Both the position numbers and the translations under genes were made by a program. 64,000 nucleotides of DNA from Camelus dromedarius (Eukaryota). The notes beneath the pieces are model-generated. The model ran no database searches. It saw only the letters and a program-made list of their open reading frames with translations, and had not been told where the DNA came from. Of the stretch, positions 47,800 to 61,789 are shown piece after piece. How positions within the stretch are numbered: position 1 is the first letter of the stretch; each line of letters starts with the position of its first letter. The stretch is taken from NCBI RefSeq assembly GCF_036321535.1, contig NC_087437.1, forward strand, positions 50,470,001 through 50,534,000, given 5' to 3'.

Positions 47800-49210
47800 A
47801 TTCACTGTCCCTCTTTCTCCACACTGTTATACTTCACAGAGGTAATAGCTCGTGAGTTTTCTGCCAAGTCCAGGGAGCAGTTCTTAGTTCTCATTCTACT
47901 TGACCTCTCTCCTGTATTTGAACACTTCCTCTTTAAATTTCCTCTCATCATTTTCCATGATTCCACTTTCTTCTACATTTCCTCCTTCCTCTGTGACCAC
48001 TCTCCTTTGCTGGCTCAGCTCTCTTTGGCTCTTAAATGGTGGGCTTTACAGAACTATCCCTGAATCTCTTCCTGTATACAAGCTGTGTCATGCTCTGACT
48101 CACATTCCCACAATGTCAACTACTACTTATATCTTGAGGAGTCCTAAATCTTGACTTCCAGCTCCTGAGTGGCAGGCCTACACACTAAATTTGGTTATTC
48201 CACAGGCCTGACAATCTTGAAAATCCAAAACTATAGCCCCAAAGCTGCTTTTCCTCCTGTGTTTTTACCAAATCATCCACAGCATACACAACTCTTTCTA
48301 CCCCATTCCCCTTAATCTAATCACTCACCAAACCTCATCAGTTTTACCTCCTAAATAACTTTGAATCTTCAGTCTGTCCTCTATCCCTCAGCCATCAGTG
48401 GCCTCTTAAATAATCTTCTGGACTCTACTCTTTTTCCACTGCTCCAGAGTTCTCTTGCTGTAACATAAATCTTAATTTCATTCTTAAAATTCCCCAGGGG
48501 CTCCATCAACATGCGCTTCCTTGGTGTGGAGTATAAGACTCTATCTCCATAATCTGTCCACTCATCTTGCCCTTTCCCACCATCTTCCACACAAATGCAC
48601 CTCATATTTCCATTTTAACAATCCAAGTCTGCCGCCTCTCATTCTGCTATCCCTGGAGTTACACTGACTGAGGACTTTTCATGTACCAGGCACCGTTCTA
48701 AACCCATAACACATCCTAATTCATATAATCCTCACTTCAACCTTATGAGCTATGCCCAGTGATCATGCTTATTCTACCAAGAAAGAAACTGCAGGGAAGA
48801 AACTATGGAATAACATGCCTAATGTTCTTCAGCTGGCATGTCATGGAGCTAGGATTTAAACCTGGGTAGTCTGGTTACAGACTTTATTCTCTTAACTACC
48901 ACACTGTATTTTCTACCAAGACCTTGTACTCAACTGAAAGACCATCCTCTCTGTAATTGTCTCCTGACCTCATCCTGGGTTCCAGCTGGTAGATATGCTT
49001 CTCCTTCTGCACTTCTGTGAAGCTTGTATGCACTTCTGTTATACTTATGACATCATATGATAATCATTTGCCTCCATGACCACCTCCCTTGCCAGATTGT
49101 GCACTGCTCTGTGCCAGAGACCCAGTTGCACACATCTTTGAGTTTTCAGTGTCAAAGTGAGTGCCTGGCATATAGGACATATATATGTGCTACATGGTAA
49201 TGGTTGGATA
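47800..49210 (+). mobile_element. Fragmented L2 with an antisense MIR inserted (about 48660-48905)
   Basis: L2-like pyrimidine-rich body ending GTGCCTGGCATATAGG; MIR reverse motif GAGCTAGGATTTAAACCTGGGTAGTCTGG. Confidence 0.6.
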
Positions 49211-51389
49211 AATTAAAAGAAGATATCTAATTGTTGTCTCTTGGTCTGCCTTCAGACTGTGCCTATATTGTTTGTTATTGTAATGGAATGTCTGTCCTCT
49301 TTGGCAGATGTATGTCATACCATATGTCAGGTGGTAAATGTAGTAGCAACTGTACCCATCACTGCACTTCCAAGCTACAGTACTGAATGTGCAATGGAGA
49401 ATTATTACTCAATCATTGTTATTGAGTGAGAGAAACATACTTGTTAAAATTGTCCTGATTATTTTTAAAATGGAAAAGTCCTGAAGATAAAGCATAAATT
49501 ACAAGATTTAATTAACTAAAGAATATTCATTAACATGTTCCTATTACTTTTTTGTCATGAGGTTTCAAGTATTTAAGTTAAGCTCTGAGGTTTTTTAAAC
49601 ACAGAATTTGTAAAGATTATTTTCTACAGTGACAATCTCAACGATAAGAAATTAGGTGGAAACATCCAGCTGAAATCCACTATCATTCTCCCTCTCCCCC
49701 CGGATATGTATCTATATCTATACATAGCTGTAGATAAATATATTGACATATAGATATCTATATATACATATGGATATATGCACACACACATATGTATGTG
49801 TATATAAAAAAAGTGCATATACACACATTCACTGTATACCTATAGCTAGATAGGCAGATAGACAAACTAATATGCAATATTTGTACAAAGTATAATTTTT
49901 CAAGTTAAAACATGCAACTATTCAAAAATAATTGTTGCCCAGATGCTTAAAAATTCATGTTAAGTTAATCCATTGGCTGACAAAACTGTTGCAAGTCTGT
50001 TTAAAGATACATATAAAACCAAGGATTTCATACTTTTAAAATCTGTCTTTCAGCAAAGAGAAAGAGCAAAAGTAATCCGAGAAGACAGATTGCTAACATT
50101 TCCAGTAGTTCATCTAGCTAAAATTAAGCTTGCAGGGTAACCATGTGGACACAGTTACAGTTCAAAGGCACTAGTCTGAGACGTACAGCCACCACCTTCC
50201 CACGTGTAACTCAGGTGGACGCAGTTTTGCCCAAGATTTACATAAATGTACTTACTGAATTCAAGCTTGCCTATTTATAAATATGTAAGAGTAAATGAGA
50301 CTGACCAATGCAACCTATTTTAGTTTGAGTGAAACATGACATTTAGGTTTTATCCGTCCAGGATTAAAGGGTGAAGCAGACAGGACAGGCCTCAGGGTCA
50401 GGGGTAGGCCCTAGTGTGGCCATAGGAAGTCTAACATGAGAGCGATGGTCCCAAATACACACCAAAGTCACCAGAGTAGGGAAAAAAGTGGAAGCCTTTG
50501 GACTCTCCTGTCCCTGATAAATGTCACCAGTAAAGCCAAAGAAATGACTGCCTGAGACTCCCCCACATTCTGAACGACTGGAAGAGGAATCCTTATTCAG
50601 GACAAGGGGATAAATTTCCAAGAGTGTCCCTGGGAAACTGGGCACCATTGTCCTTTTCAAACAAAAGAGCCAACAAAAACAGTATTCCAGTGGGTCCCTT
50701 TCTAAATAGGAAAATGGGAATATTCACCAGAGCCAGTCTGTCACCTCAAGGTACATGTAGGTCTGTTGATTTTAGCTGCTCCACACTCATGGTAGAGGAA
50801 TGGACTTGCAGTAACAGTTGAGACTGGAGGGCCAGCAATGGGAAACCATCCAGGACCATCACTGATGATGTCACAATGTCCTACTGTCTCAAGATGTCCA
50901 TCCTGGACCTCCCTGCCTAGCTCATCTTGGTACTTCTTACATGAGACTGGCTCTGCCCAGGTGTCTGTCTGGAACAGTTCTGGTCAGTTGCAAAGAGTGA
51001 ATTCATTGAAATCATAACAGCTGAAACATTTCTGCAGGTAGCAGGCTAGGTGATCCCCTAGAATCCAGAGTGTTTATTCCTGGATACTTCTGGTATCCTC
51101 ACCAAGGCATTTTCCACTGATAACGACAGAGGGAAAGCTAGTATTGAATCAAAACCTTGCTTTCCTGTCTTTATTCAGTGAACAGCGCATAAGGCATGCA
51201 AATTTCTCAGGGACTCAGTATTCTCAGTTACAAAATGAGAAGATTGGGTTAAATTGTAATAAGTTTCTATCAACCCCTAAGTTAGTAGGATTCCTTCCTG
51301 GTAGACTATTATGAGCTGTCCTCAAAGATCAGGAAAGTAGATCTCATTTATTCATTCATTCATTGTGAAGCACATGAAGCATCTAAGCT

Positions 51390-51716
51390 AGCACTTCACT
51401 GTCTGACAAATACAATGCAAGCCACAAATGTGTGGCATATGTGAAATTCAGGTTTTCTTGTATTGAAATTTTTTTAAAGTAAAAAGAAACAGGCTTCACC
51501 TGTTTTGTTTTTAATATTTTATTTAACCCAAGCTATCCAAGATATCAGCATTTCAACATGTACTCAATATAAAATATTACTGAAATATTTTACTTTGTTT
51601 CATAGTAAGTCTTTGAAATCTGATATGTATATTATACTTAAAGTCATCTTAATTTGGGCTAGTCACATCTCAAGTGCTCAGTCATATGGTAATGGCTACT
51701 CTGTTGGCCCGCACAG
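51390..51716. mobile_element. MER33-like hAT-Charlie DNA transposon fossil
   Basis: AATGCAAGCCACA...TTTTATTTAACCCAA...CATTTCAACATGTA...CAAGTGCTCAGT...GGCTAC. Confidence 0.75.
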
Positions 51717-53889
51717 GCCCAGGCAGTGGCTGGCCTGGAGTAAATGCCCAACAAATGGGAGTAAGAAGTACTCTTACTTCCAGGAAATAAATGAAAACCA
51801 AAGTAAACCTGGAATATCTCCATAGAACCAAAGTAGCACAAAAATGGTTAGCATTTGGGAAGCTAATATAGTTCAGTTGGAGAAAAAAAAAAATGGCAAG
51901 AGGGCAGTAAGAATTATTCTTTAATTGTACATCTATATCTGGGATAAGTATTTTCAGTGTGTATAGCAAACTAGGAAGACCACCTATACACATTTATAAA
52001 CGTCTACCAAGCACCAGTAGTTTATCTAACCCTATCTTTCTTTTTTTAAAATATATTTTTATTGACGTATAGTCAGTTTACAATGTTGTGTCAATTTCTG
52101 GTGTACAGCTTTTCCATTACATATAATTTCTGTACAATTCTGTACATTTTCAATCAAAAGAACGTATGTTAAACACTGAAGTGCATTTCTCAAGCACTTT
52201 AGAATTCTGGGGTGTTTTTCTCAGGGCTACACAGTAAATAAGTAAATGCCATTTTCTCTATTTCTTTTGAGATATGTCACTCTTCAAAGAAATTATTTGG
52301 GATGGGTGAAGAGAGAAGAGTTTGATGAAAGAGAAAGTTTCTGTGCAAATACTGTAAAACTTAAAAAGTGAATATTCAGATCAGGTTTCACAGTGTATAG
52401 CACTGTGAAAGAGAAAAAACAATAAAATAACAACGCTAATATTGTGAAATTATCATTTTGAGAATAAATATACAGAAAGAGGAAGTCAATGAAGAAATCT
52501 AAAGATGAAACCCAAATGAGTTAATCTCTTGGGAGAGAGCAGGAAGCACCCTTTAGGACACCGGGAAAGGAGATGACTAGGCAGGTTCTTTAGAGATGAA
52601 ATGAGACATGGTCTCCTATATCTGACCAAAAATGAAAGAAAGGAGAATGCTGTAGCTGCAGATCATGACTTTGAAAGGAAATAAGGAATAGAGAATTTGA
52701 AGAGGTCCCTTGATTTTGTTGATAGCCTGACCTGGAAGAAGGGTGCAGGGATGAAGGGTTGAGTGGAGGGGAAGCAAACATGAAGGTCCAAGCTCAGGCC
52801 TGACGGGTGAGCTCTAGGAGGCCTTGGTGACAGCACAATTGGCAGATCAGGTCTGGCTGGAAAGAAGAGCCAGAGGGAGGGGTTAGGAGAGAGGAAGGGA
52901 TTGTTTTCACTCTTGATAGATCGGATACAGCCCTACAGAGTAACAACATAGCTGTGAAAAGGGTAAGAGAACACCTCGCTCAGGCTGTTCATGTGACAGG
53001 GCCGCATACCTTGGGTGAAGTATATGGCTCAGAGCCCAGGTTCTTAGTCCACCACCCCAGAGCCAGGTGTTCTATTTGTTTAGTTGATTTTGTGGCTGAG
53101 AAGAGTCTAAGATTTGATGCCAATCTTTCAGATGCCTGATTTCTCAAAAGAAGTAATGAATAATGTTAAGTCAGCTATGAAGGCACTGAAGTTGGAATAA
53201 GTTCAGATCCCTTGTTATTTTCCTTTTACATTTGTATTTATTTTATATAACTTACAAACTGAGGAGTGGTATCAGCTTTGAAACTTTTGAAATAGGCCTG
53301 TGGGGTTATATGAAAGAGTCACAGACTAAGACAACTGTGTTCTAGTCTATTTCCGGATGACTGGGCAAATCATACCTGTCTCCTTTGAGCCTCAATTTCT
53401 CTGACTGGCAAGTTTGGATTAGGTAGATTCTTGGTTTCCTTCCAACTTCAAATCTGAGCTTTACTTAAAATTCCAGGAAGTGTAATTGTTCTCATTCAGT
53501 CATTTATTTCCACATTCATTGAACACCTATATGTCAGCAACAGTACTAAGTACCAGGAATATAAAGAAAGAACCAAATTGTCCTGGCACCACTGCCCACT
53601 CACCCCAGGAACTCAGGATCAGGCAATGTGGAGGCTATGAAAGGTAAGGAAAGGATCTTTGTGAAGGTTCTACAAGTACTGCATCCAGGAAACCAAACAG
53701 GACTATGGGCACAGGGGAGGCTGTGTGTAGCAGGACAGCATGGGTTTCCAGTTACTTGGATCTGTCTGGGAACCAGGTTCTACCATTTATTATGAAGGTG
53801 GTGTTGGCATATTTCTTAATATGAGCCCCAGTTCCTTCATCTCCAAAATACATACCTCAGAGTAGTATGTGAAAAGTCAATGAGATTGA

Positions 53890-55105
53890 AAAAGACCACA
53901 AATAATAAATGTTGCTAAAGATTTGGAGAAAGGGAATTCCTGTACACTGTTGATGGGACTGTAAATTGGCATAGCCACTGTGAAAAACAGTATGGAGGCT
54001 CTTCAAAAAACTAAAAGTAGGACTACCATATGATCTAGCAATTCTTGCATATATATATATCTCCAAAGAAAATGAAAACATTAATATATATATAATGGAA
54101 TACTACTCAGCCATAAAAAGGAACGAAATTTTGCTAACTTGCCACCAGTGTGGATAGACCTGGAGGGTATTATGGTTAGGGAAATAAGTCAGAGAAAGAC
54201 AAATACTGTATGTTATCACTTATATGTGGAATCTAAAAAAATAAAACAAATAAATGAATATAACAAAACAAAAACAGACTCATGGATAGAGAACAATGCC
54301 CCACAGTGCTAGAACTGAAAAATGAATTCAGCAAAGCTGCTGGATACATCAAAATGAAAAAAAAAATCAACTGTATTTCTGTATGTTAGCAATAAACAAT
54401 CCAAATTAAATAAAACTGTTTCATTCACAATAGAATCAAAAGTAAAACATCAGAATGGTAAAATACTTAGGGATAAGTCTAACAAAAGAAGTGAAAGATT
54501 TATACACTAAAAATTATAAAACATTGCGGAGACAAATTTTAAAAGATCTACATAAATGAAGAAATATCCCATGTCCATGGATTGAAAGACTCAATATTGT
54601 TAGGATGTCAAGTCTCCCTAAATTGTTGTACATATTCAGTGCAATCCCTATCAAAATCCCAGCAGGCTTTGTAGAAATTGACAAGCTGATCCTAAAATTT
54701 ATGTGAAAATTCAACATCATTATTCAGATTACAGAAATGCAAATTAAAACCACAATAATAATGCTATACATCTACCAGAATGGCTATAATTAAAAAGATG
54801 GACTATCCCAAGTTTTGGTGAGCATATTGAGAACTGGAACCCTTATGCATTGCTGATGGGAATGTGAAATAGAAACAGAAACTGTTGGGAACTGTTCTTA
54901 AACTTGAACTCACCATATGACCCAGCAAATCCACTACTAAGTATTTATCCAGGAGAAATGAAAGGGGTATTCAAGAATGTTCATAGAAGCATTGTGCAAC
55001 ATAGACAAAAACTGGGAAGTATTCAAACGTTTATCAATTGATATATGGATAAAGGAAATGTGGTACATCCATACAACAGAATCGTATTCAGCAAGAAAAA
55101 GATGA
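53890..55105 (+). mobile_element. Cluster of L1 fragments (3' end, ORF2 piece, older 3' end)
   Basis: GAAAGACTCAATATTGTTAGGATGTCA; CCATATGACCCAGCAAATCCACT; TCACTTATATGTGGAATCTAAAAA. Confidence 0.82.
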
Positions 55106-55729
55106 CTTTGTGTGACCCCTGCTTCTTCCAGTTCTCTTACAAATTGGAGTCTCCCTAGGTAGAAAGCAAGCTAGAAAAGTGATATACTGGCGTCTAGCAG
55201 GACCCTTAATGTTGAAAATTCCCCAAACACAGAAAGGATTTTCAGTTGCTATTGTTGGGTGTCACAAATCATGACCAACCAACATCCACTATCTTCTCTC
55301 TTCAGAACCTCTTCTAGGGCCACAAACTTGGGACTTCGACCCAGGGCTTTGAAATTTTCAAGGCTGAAAAATGGTTGGAACAAGCATACCAATGTCAAGG
55401 GCAAGCAATGCTTTGTCTGGAGACCTCCCTCTTCCTCAAACATACAAAAGGAAGCTTTGTGCACTGGCCCCAGCAGCAAAATTTCTAGGCATGGCTCTGC
55501 CACTTCCCTTTCCACCCCAACCTCCTGAATCCTCTTGCCACCACACCCTGGGGTTCTGAGCTCCTGAGTCAGCACCTCCAATCTGTCCTACTCCACTACA
55601 TTTTTATTGTCCTTAAGGGCAGCTTTACTCTTGCCACTTCTGGTTCAAAAAAATTCCAGTGTCCACTTACTTATTGTCTATATCACCCAAACTCTTTAGT
55701 TTGACTTTCAGAAGCTCTATACGCTAGAT

Positions 55730-56505
55730 ACAACTTATGATGGCTTGGAATGCATCTGACCTACATTTCCCTGTATGCCCTACCTTGTATGTTTCCCATT
55801 AGGGTGAGCCACAAGGAGGAGTTAGATGAGATTTGGAGAGCAGAAGGGCAGCAGCAGCCATTCTGTGGCTCACACACAGTTTGGCTGATAACCGATTTAC
55901 CTCATTGGCATGAAGTAGCAACAAAGCCTGCAACTTCTTTCTCTTCCCCTAGATCCTCATTCGGCATCTCCAAGTCCAGAGCCAAGTGTTTGTGTTTGGC
56001 TCTGTGATATAGGGTCCTAGCTTCTGTAGAATGGCTTTGACACCAAGTTCAGAGGTAACAAGAATTGACACTTCTTTCAACTCATGTTTGTGGGCTCCTC
56101 TTGATCTCCCCCACTTTACATTCATCACATCTTCCTGACTGCCTCACTGCGGACGTCAAGTTCCAACATTAAGGAGGGAGAATATAGCTCAAGGGGTAGA
56201 GTACACATGCCTAGCATAAACAAGGTCCTAGGTTCAATCCCCAGTATCTCCTCTAAAAATAAGTAAATAAGTGAACCTAATTACCCGCCACCCACAAAAT
56301 AAATAAAAAATAATTTTAAAAAATTAAATTAAAGAAAAAGGTCCAACATTAAACACGGAGACAACAGCTCTTAACAAGACTGCTTAACCAGCTCCCACGT
56401 TGTGTCAAGCCAATTCCCTGCAACAATAGACAGACAGACAGACAGACAGACAGGTAGGTAGGTAGGTAGATCGATCTCCTATTGGTTCTGCTTCTCTGTC
56501 AGGAA
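55730..56505 (+). mobile_element. Old ERVL-type LTR (LTR33/MLT2-like) interrupted by a SINE and (CAGA)n(GGTA)n
   Basis: CCAGCTCCCAC...GCCAATTCCCTGCAACAATA and terminal TCCTATTGGTTCTGCTTCTCTG. Confidence 0.6.
56173..56337 (+). mobile_element. tRNA-Ala-derived SINE (Vic-1-like) with TSD
   Basis: A/B boxes, AACCTAATTACC tail; TSD AAG(T/G)TCCAACATTAA at 56158-56172 and 56338-56352. Confidence 0.88.
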
Positions 56506-56614
56506 CACACTTTCCCATCTCCCCATCTCTACTTTCCACAGGCTTCCTCTTCTTTCAGCACTCAGTTCCTCCATGAAGCTGCCCTAGCTCCTACAGCTGA
56601 AAGTGACCCTCCCA

Positions 56615-56615
<1 letters not shown>

Positions 56616-56655
<40 letters not shown>
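56616..56655. repeat. (CA)20 microsatellite
   Basis: Directly visible. Confidence 0.95.
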
Positions 56656-56657
<2 letters not shown>

Positions 56658-57202
56658 GGGACAGCCCAAGCAGACTACATGAAATCCCTAGAGCACTTAG
56701 CTAATTCTGCCTCACATCTTAGACATTTCTGCCCATGTCATTTTCCCCTCTACTACTAGATTGTGTTCTCCAAGGGCATGGACCATGCATTGTATGTTTT
56801 TAGACCTCGTGGAGTATTTCCTACTGGCCTAGCACTCTGTGCAATGAACTGGATTATACTAACTGAAAATTCAAGAAGAGAGGGCTGGCATGGACATGAA
56901 GGGCTTCAATATAAACCACTTGTTTCATCACTTGCCTACCTGGTGGGCACATGTCCACCTGTCAACCTCAAGATGCCTCTTCTCTCCAGCACAGCCAGGG
57001 AATTCGGTCTTCTAGCAAGAGAATACAGAAAAGAAAGATGGAAGAAAGCATACTAGTAAAAATTATTTACTAGTTCATGTAACTTTATGTGTAATAATGC
57101 CTATCAATGAGAAGGAGAAAAATCATCTTCAAGAACACATGTTTTTTTCTTGCTATCAAAGTTCTTTTATAGGAGCCTTGAATGATATAATTTTATGAAT
57201 TA

Positions 57203-57263
57203 GAGTTATTTCCCCAACTGGGAGAGTTATTTCGCCAGTTGGGAGTTATTTCCCCAATTGGGA
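57203..57263. repeat. 3-copy 19-21 bp tandem repeat GAGTTATTTCCCCAAYTGG(GA)
   Basis: Units at 57203-57223, 57224-57242 and 57243-57263. Confidence 0.9.
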
Positions 57264-58529
57264 AGGTAGCAATATGGATCACAGATCATTTTCAACATGT
57301 AGAAAAGTCTAACAGATATGGTTTAGCTGAAGAAAAAGAAAAGCTTTTTACTGCTAAAAAGATTGAAATTCTTTCTTTTTAGCTGAGACTGTTTTAGTTC
57401 AGGGTGATAATAAACGTTACTCCAAGCTTATTGTGAACTGTGTATGTTCTTTTATTACTTTAAAAAAAGATGGAGAAATTACTTGATGACTTCTTAACAA
57501 ATACATGTAGTTAAAGAAAAAATTGCTTTAACACCTGACATCCTTGTTGATAGAAATAATTAAGGAGAATCTAAAAGGGTAAAGAGCTTGGGACCCACTA
57601 AACTAGACAGTAATAGATATTAGGATAGATATTAGAAACTGGTCCTTCAAAATATTAAAAATTTACTTCCTTCTCATTGATGGGAACATCATGTTTAGTA
57701 TGAATCTAAAATCAAATAATAGTGGCATCAAATTTTCTATTTAGTAACAGTAACTTGAGTGACTGCAGTGAGGTAATTCAACAGATTAAGGGGAAAAATT
57801 TCAACAAAGAGGGAATACAAGAAAATATCTTCTGAGAGTGTACTAGGTTTATACTACCAATTTCAATTTTAATTCAAAACAATCCAAATCAAATGAAAAA
57901 CTTACCACTCTGCCTTCCTTGAAAAACTGCAGAAAATTAAGATTTTATTTTGTAGTTTTCCATTTGTTTTACTGGAAGATATTCTATTTTAATTTTTTTT
58001 GTTGTTGTGTTAGTTATATAGTCTGTTGATTAATTCAACCCAATGCCAAGGAAGGCAGGAATTGAGATGCTGGCAGGTGTTACTGCTTCTAACAGATAGA
58101 ATATGTAAGAGAAGAGCCAACTGGTTTCCATGTTGTGGTTTCAATTAAAGTTTAGAATGGATAAGCTCATCCAAGAGAAATTAGGATTCCAGTGGCCCTG
58201 AGGAAACTCATAAGATGAATCATTTCTGTTTTATTCCTAAAAAACATAGATTTTAAAGTTCAAGCAGGAGTCAAGTAAGCACAGATTCTCACTAACCAAG
58301 CTGCTTTGTCAACATCTCCCTTCTAGGTAGATGCTGCCAGGTAACGCAGAGCAGACACTGAGATGTGACTAGAGGAGTCCAGTGGAGGCCCGGGAGGAAA
58401 GAGCAGGCAGTCTGGCTGCAGGCACGAAAGTGGAGAGAGTGTTAAATGGTGTGATGGATCACTGAGACTCCAGTCATATTTAGTGTTTTGATATCACAAT
58501 TGAAGGAAGAAATGAGGTATAATAATTTT

Positions 58530-58850
58530 TGACTGTAAAAGTTTCGAATACATACAAAGTACACCAAATGGTATAATTAACTCCCGTGTACCCATCACTC
58601 AACTTCTATAGTTATCCTCTCAAGGCCAGCCTTGTCTCATCATACTTCACTCATTCCCATGGTCTACATAATTTTGTTGCAAATCTCAGATATTACTATA
58701 ACCTTTCATTCATATTTCAGTATCTCTAAAAGGAGCCTTTAGGAAAAAAAACGCAACATCATTAACTCATCTAACAAAATAACAATAATTCCTTAATATC
58801 TTTAAGTATCCATTTTGCGTTTACATTTCCCTGGAGTGCGTCCATACACT
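58530..58850 (-). mobile_element. Ancient L1 (L1MC4/5-like) 3' UTR fragment, antisense
   Basis: CCCGTGTACCCATCACTCAACTTC...AACAATAATTCCTTAATATC. Confidence 0.6.
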
Positions 58851-59559
58851 TTTTTAAAAACATAAACTTAGAAAGTTAATTAACTCAGGTTTATGTTCTT
58901 GATTTCCTAATAAATTATAAACTCCTTGAACAGAGGGACTGTGTTTTGTTTATGCCTGCCTCCAAAAGCTTTGCCAATGCTTATGGCCAAATTTCACAGT
59001 AAAGTAATTAATTAAATGCATAATACAAGAGTGTTTTATGACTTTCCATGTAACTACATTCACAAATCAGGAAAAAAAATCATCACAGTACCTATTCAGA
59101 TTTTTGGTACAAAAGATAGGGACAATAGAGTTCCTCAGTTTCTTGAGTTAAATTGAAAAGAAACTGTCTTATATAACATAGTTAGGCAATTGCAAATCTG
59201 AAACATCTGGCTACTAAAAATCTCTCTTGATAGCTATCACAATTTCTGACAACCTGAGAAATTGATTCTCTAGAGATAATCTGTCAGTTTTGGCACAATA
59301 TCCATGAAATAAAAGCAAAAGAATATCCCTGACAGGAGAAAGATGCATTCTGTGAATTTTAATACAAAAATGGAAGTTTTGTCTTGGAATCAATCAAGGT
59401 ACATACTTTTGAATATCTATGCACAAGGGATTTTCCTTTTGTACTATCTCCCCACCTGTTTCCCTCTCTCACTTCCACCCCAATTCTAGTTCTTTTTTAG
59501 AGTGGACAAATAAAATATATTGGTTTATAGAAAAAAAGTATGGGCTATGTATCCTTAAG

Positions 59560-60422
59560 CATAAGCCCCTAATCAGAAAAAAGAAAGCTATGCACCTCAA
59601 AATGTTAAATGCTACATCATTTTATAATAGCAAAAATTTTAAATAATCTGAATGTCTAAGATTAGGAGAATGGTCATATAAATAGTATTCTATTCAATTA
59701 CCAGGAATAACTAAGGAATAATTATGAAGTTTTAAAATTAGAATTATGAAGATCATGTAGCAACATGGAAAATGCTTATGATATATTAGGTAAAAACAAT
59801 CAGGATTGAAATTTTATTAACACTATGATTTTAACTATGTAAAAGTGTACCTGTAAATAAAAGGCTGAAAGGAAATACAATAAAATAATAGTGGTTATGT
59901 TAGTGTGGTGGAATTATGTATGATTTAAAAAATAGTATACTTAAAAGACATATTACTAAATGAAAGAAGCTAGTCTGAAAAGGCTACAAACTGTATGATT
60001 CCAACCAAATGACATTCTGGAAAAGGCAATACTACAGAAACAATAAAAAGATCATGGTTTCCAGGGGTTTGAGGAGAGGAGGGAGGGAGGCATGAATAGA
60101 TAGAGCACAAGGGACTTTTAGGGCAATGAAATTATTCTGTATGATACCATAGTGGTGGCTACATGTCATTATGCATTTGTCAAAGCCCATAGAATGTACA
60201 ACATCAAGAGTGAACCCTAATGTAAACTGTGGACTTTGGTTGATAATAATGTGCCCATGTTGGTTCATCGATTGTACCAAATATGCCACACTGATGAGGG
60301 ATGTTGAGGGTAGGGGAGTATGTATGTGTGGGTAGGGAGGGCTATGTGCAAACTCTGTATTTTATGCTCAATTCTGTTGTGAACCTGAAACTGCTCTAAA
60401 AGAATAAAGTGTATTAAAAAAA
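59560..60422 (+). mobile_element. L1ME-like remnant followed by an L1MC1-like 3' UTR (about 59940-60422)
   Basis: CAAAGCCCATAGAATGTACAACATCAAGAGTGAACCCTAATGTAAACTGTGGACTTTGG; homologous to 23720-24165. Confidence 0.82.
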
Positions 60423-60537
60423 ATATATCTAGCCTTTAGAATATACTAAATAAATATCAATTTCTTTGTTTTTCTGTTCCCTCTACCTAACATTTAAAAA
60501 ATTGTATGATTGTAAATTTAAAAATTTTAAAGCTAAA

Positions 60538-60645
60538 GGGTGGGGTGGGGTATAGCTCAATGGCAGAGCATGTGTTTGGTGTTCACGAGGTCCTGGGTTC
60601 AATCTCCAGTGCCTCCACTAAGGGGAAAAAAAAGAAAAAAGAAAA
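60538..60645 (+). mobile_element. tRNA-Ala-derived SINE (Vic-1-like), short form
   Basis: GGGGTATAGCTCAATGGCAGAG...GAGGTCCTGGGTTCAATCTCCAGTGCCTCCA followed by an A tail; degenerate TSD. Confidence 0.85.
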
Positions 60646-60729
60646 AATTTAAACCTGAAAGTATTAGATCTTTGGTTAAAGGTATTAAATTTAAATATAT
60701 TTTCTTCTTTTGACAGTGCAAATCCAGCT

Positions 60730-60761
<32 letters not shown>

Positions 60762-61789
60762 AAAAACAATATTTCTATTTTTATATTTTTAGCTTTATAT
60801 ATAGTAATAGTGAAAGAATCCGATTAATTTTTTTAAATGGTAAAACAAAAGAAAATATAATTATTTTATTTCTTTTATTAAATTTTACTTCTCTTTTTAC
60901 TTAAATATTAAATAGTAAATACTATAAAGTATTTAATAACACAAAACCTAGCAGGGATTTTTACACATTTAGGTCCTTGACATATATTGGCTGAATAGAT
61001 TTGAAGGAACTCATTTATTTGTTCATTCATTCATCAAATATTTATTGAAGACCTATTTCATCCAATGGAAATGAGTATTTTTGCTAACTTAGAAAAGGGC
61101 CAAATGGTTTTTTAAAGTATAAAATATGCATGACTGCAAAAAACATAAGTGCACAGCTTAATAAACTGTTGTAAAATGAACCCTCACCCAGGTTAAGAAA
61201 TAGAACATAACCAGCACCCCAGAACACTACCACATCCAGTCCTGATCCAAACCCTGCCGCACCCCAGTGGTCACTAGGACAGAGGTGGACGTCCCAAGAC
61301 ACTCAGGAAGCTCCAGGGTCCCTGCTTGTGGGGGTCCTTCCAAGGGCCCTGGAAATTTGCTTACTGTAAAATTTGCAAAATTTTCCCACCTTTGGTTAAG
61401 ACCTCCTTGTACTTTCATAGCTAATTTTGTGTTTATAATCTCACATTTTTTTCTTAGAGTCCCCCCAGATTATCTAAGTTTCAGAAGTCACAAAATCTGA
61501 ATTCACCCCTAGAACCACTATTCTGACTATTGGGTACTCTTTGCTTCCAGATGGATTACACAGTGTAAAACTGTCTATTTTCAAACTTGGAATGCTCCAA
61601 ATATTTCTGTGAGTGCTACTCACTTGGCTGCTCAGGGAGCTACTTACTTCAGGGAAGACTTGATTGGCCTTTCACAGGAGCATGGCTCATGGTTCAGGTT
61701 GGTGTTTCACAGCAGTGGACCTCCAGAGCTGGGGATAGAGCTCAGCTTGGTTTTCTCTTCTTTCTGAGACAGACATTAGTCCCTCCCAG

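Noticed and set aside
57203..57263. CRISPR-like array
   Set aside because: Units abut with no spacers, there are no cas genes, and the DNA is eukaryotic.
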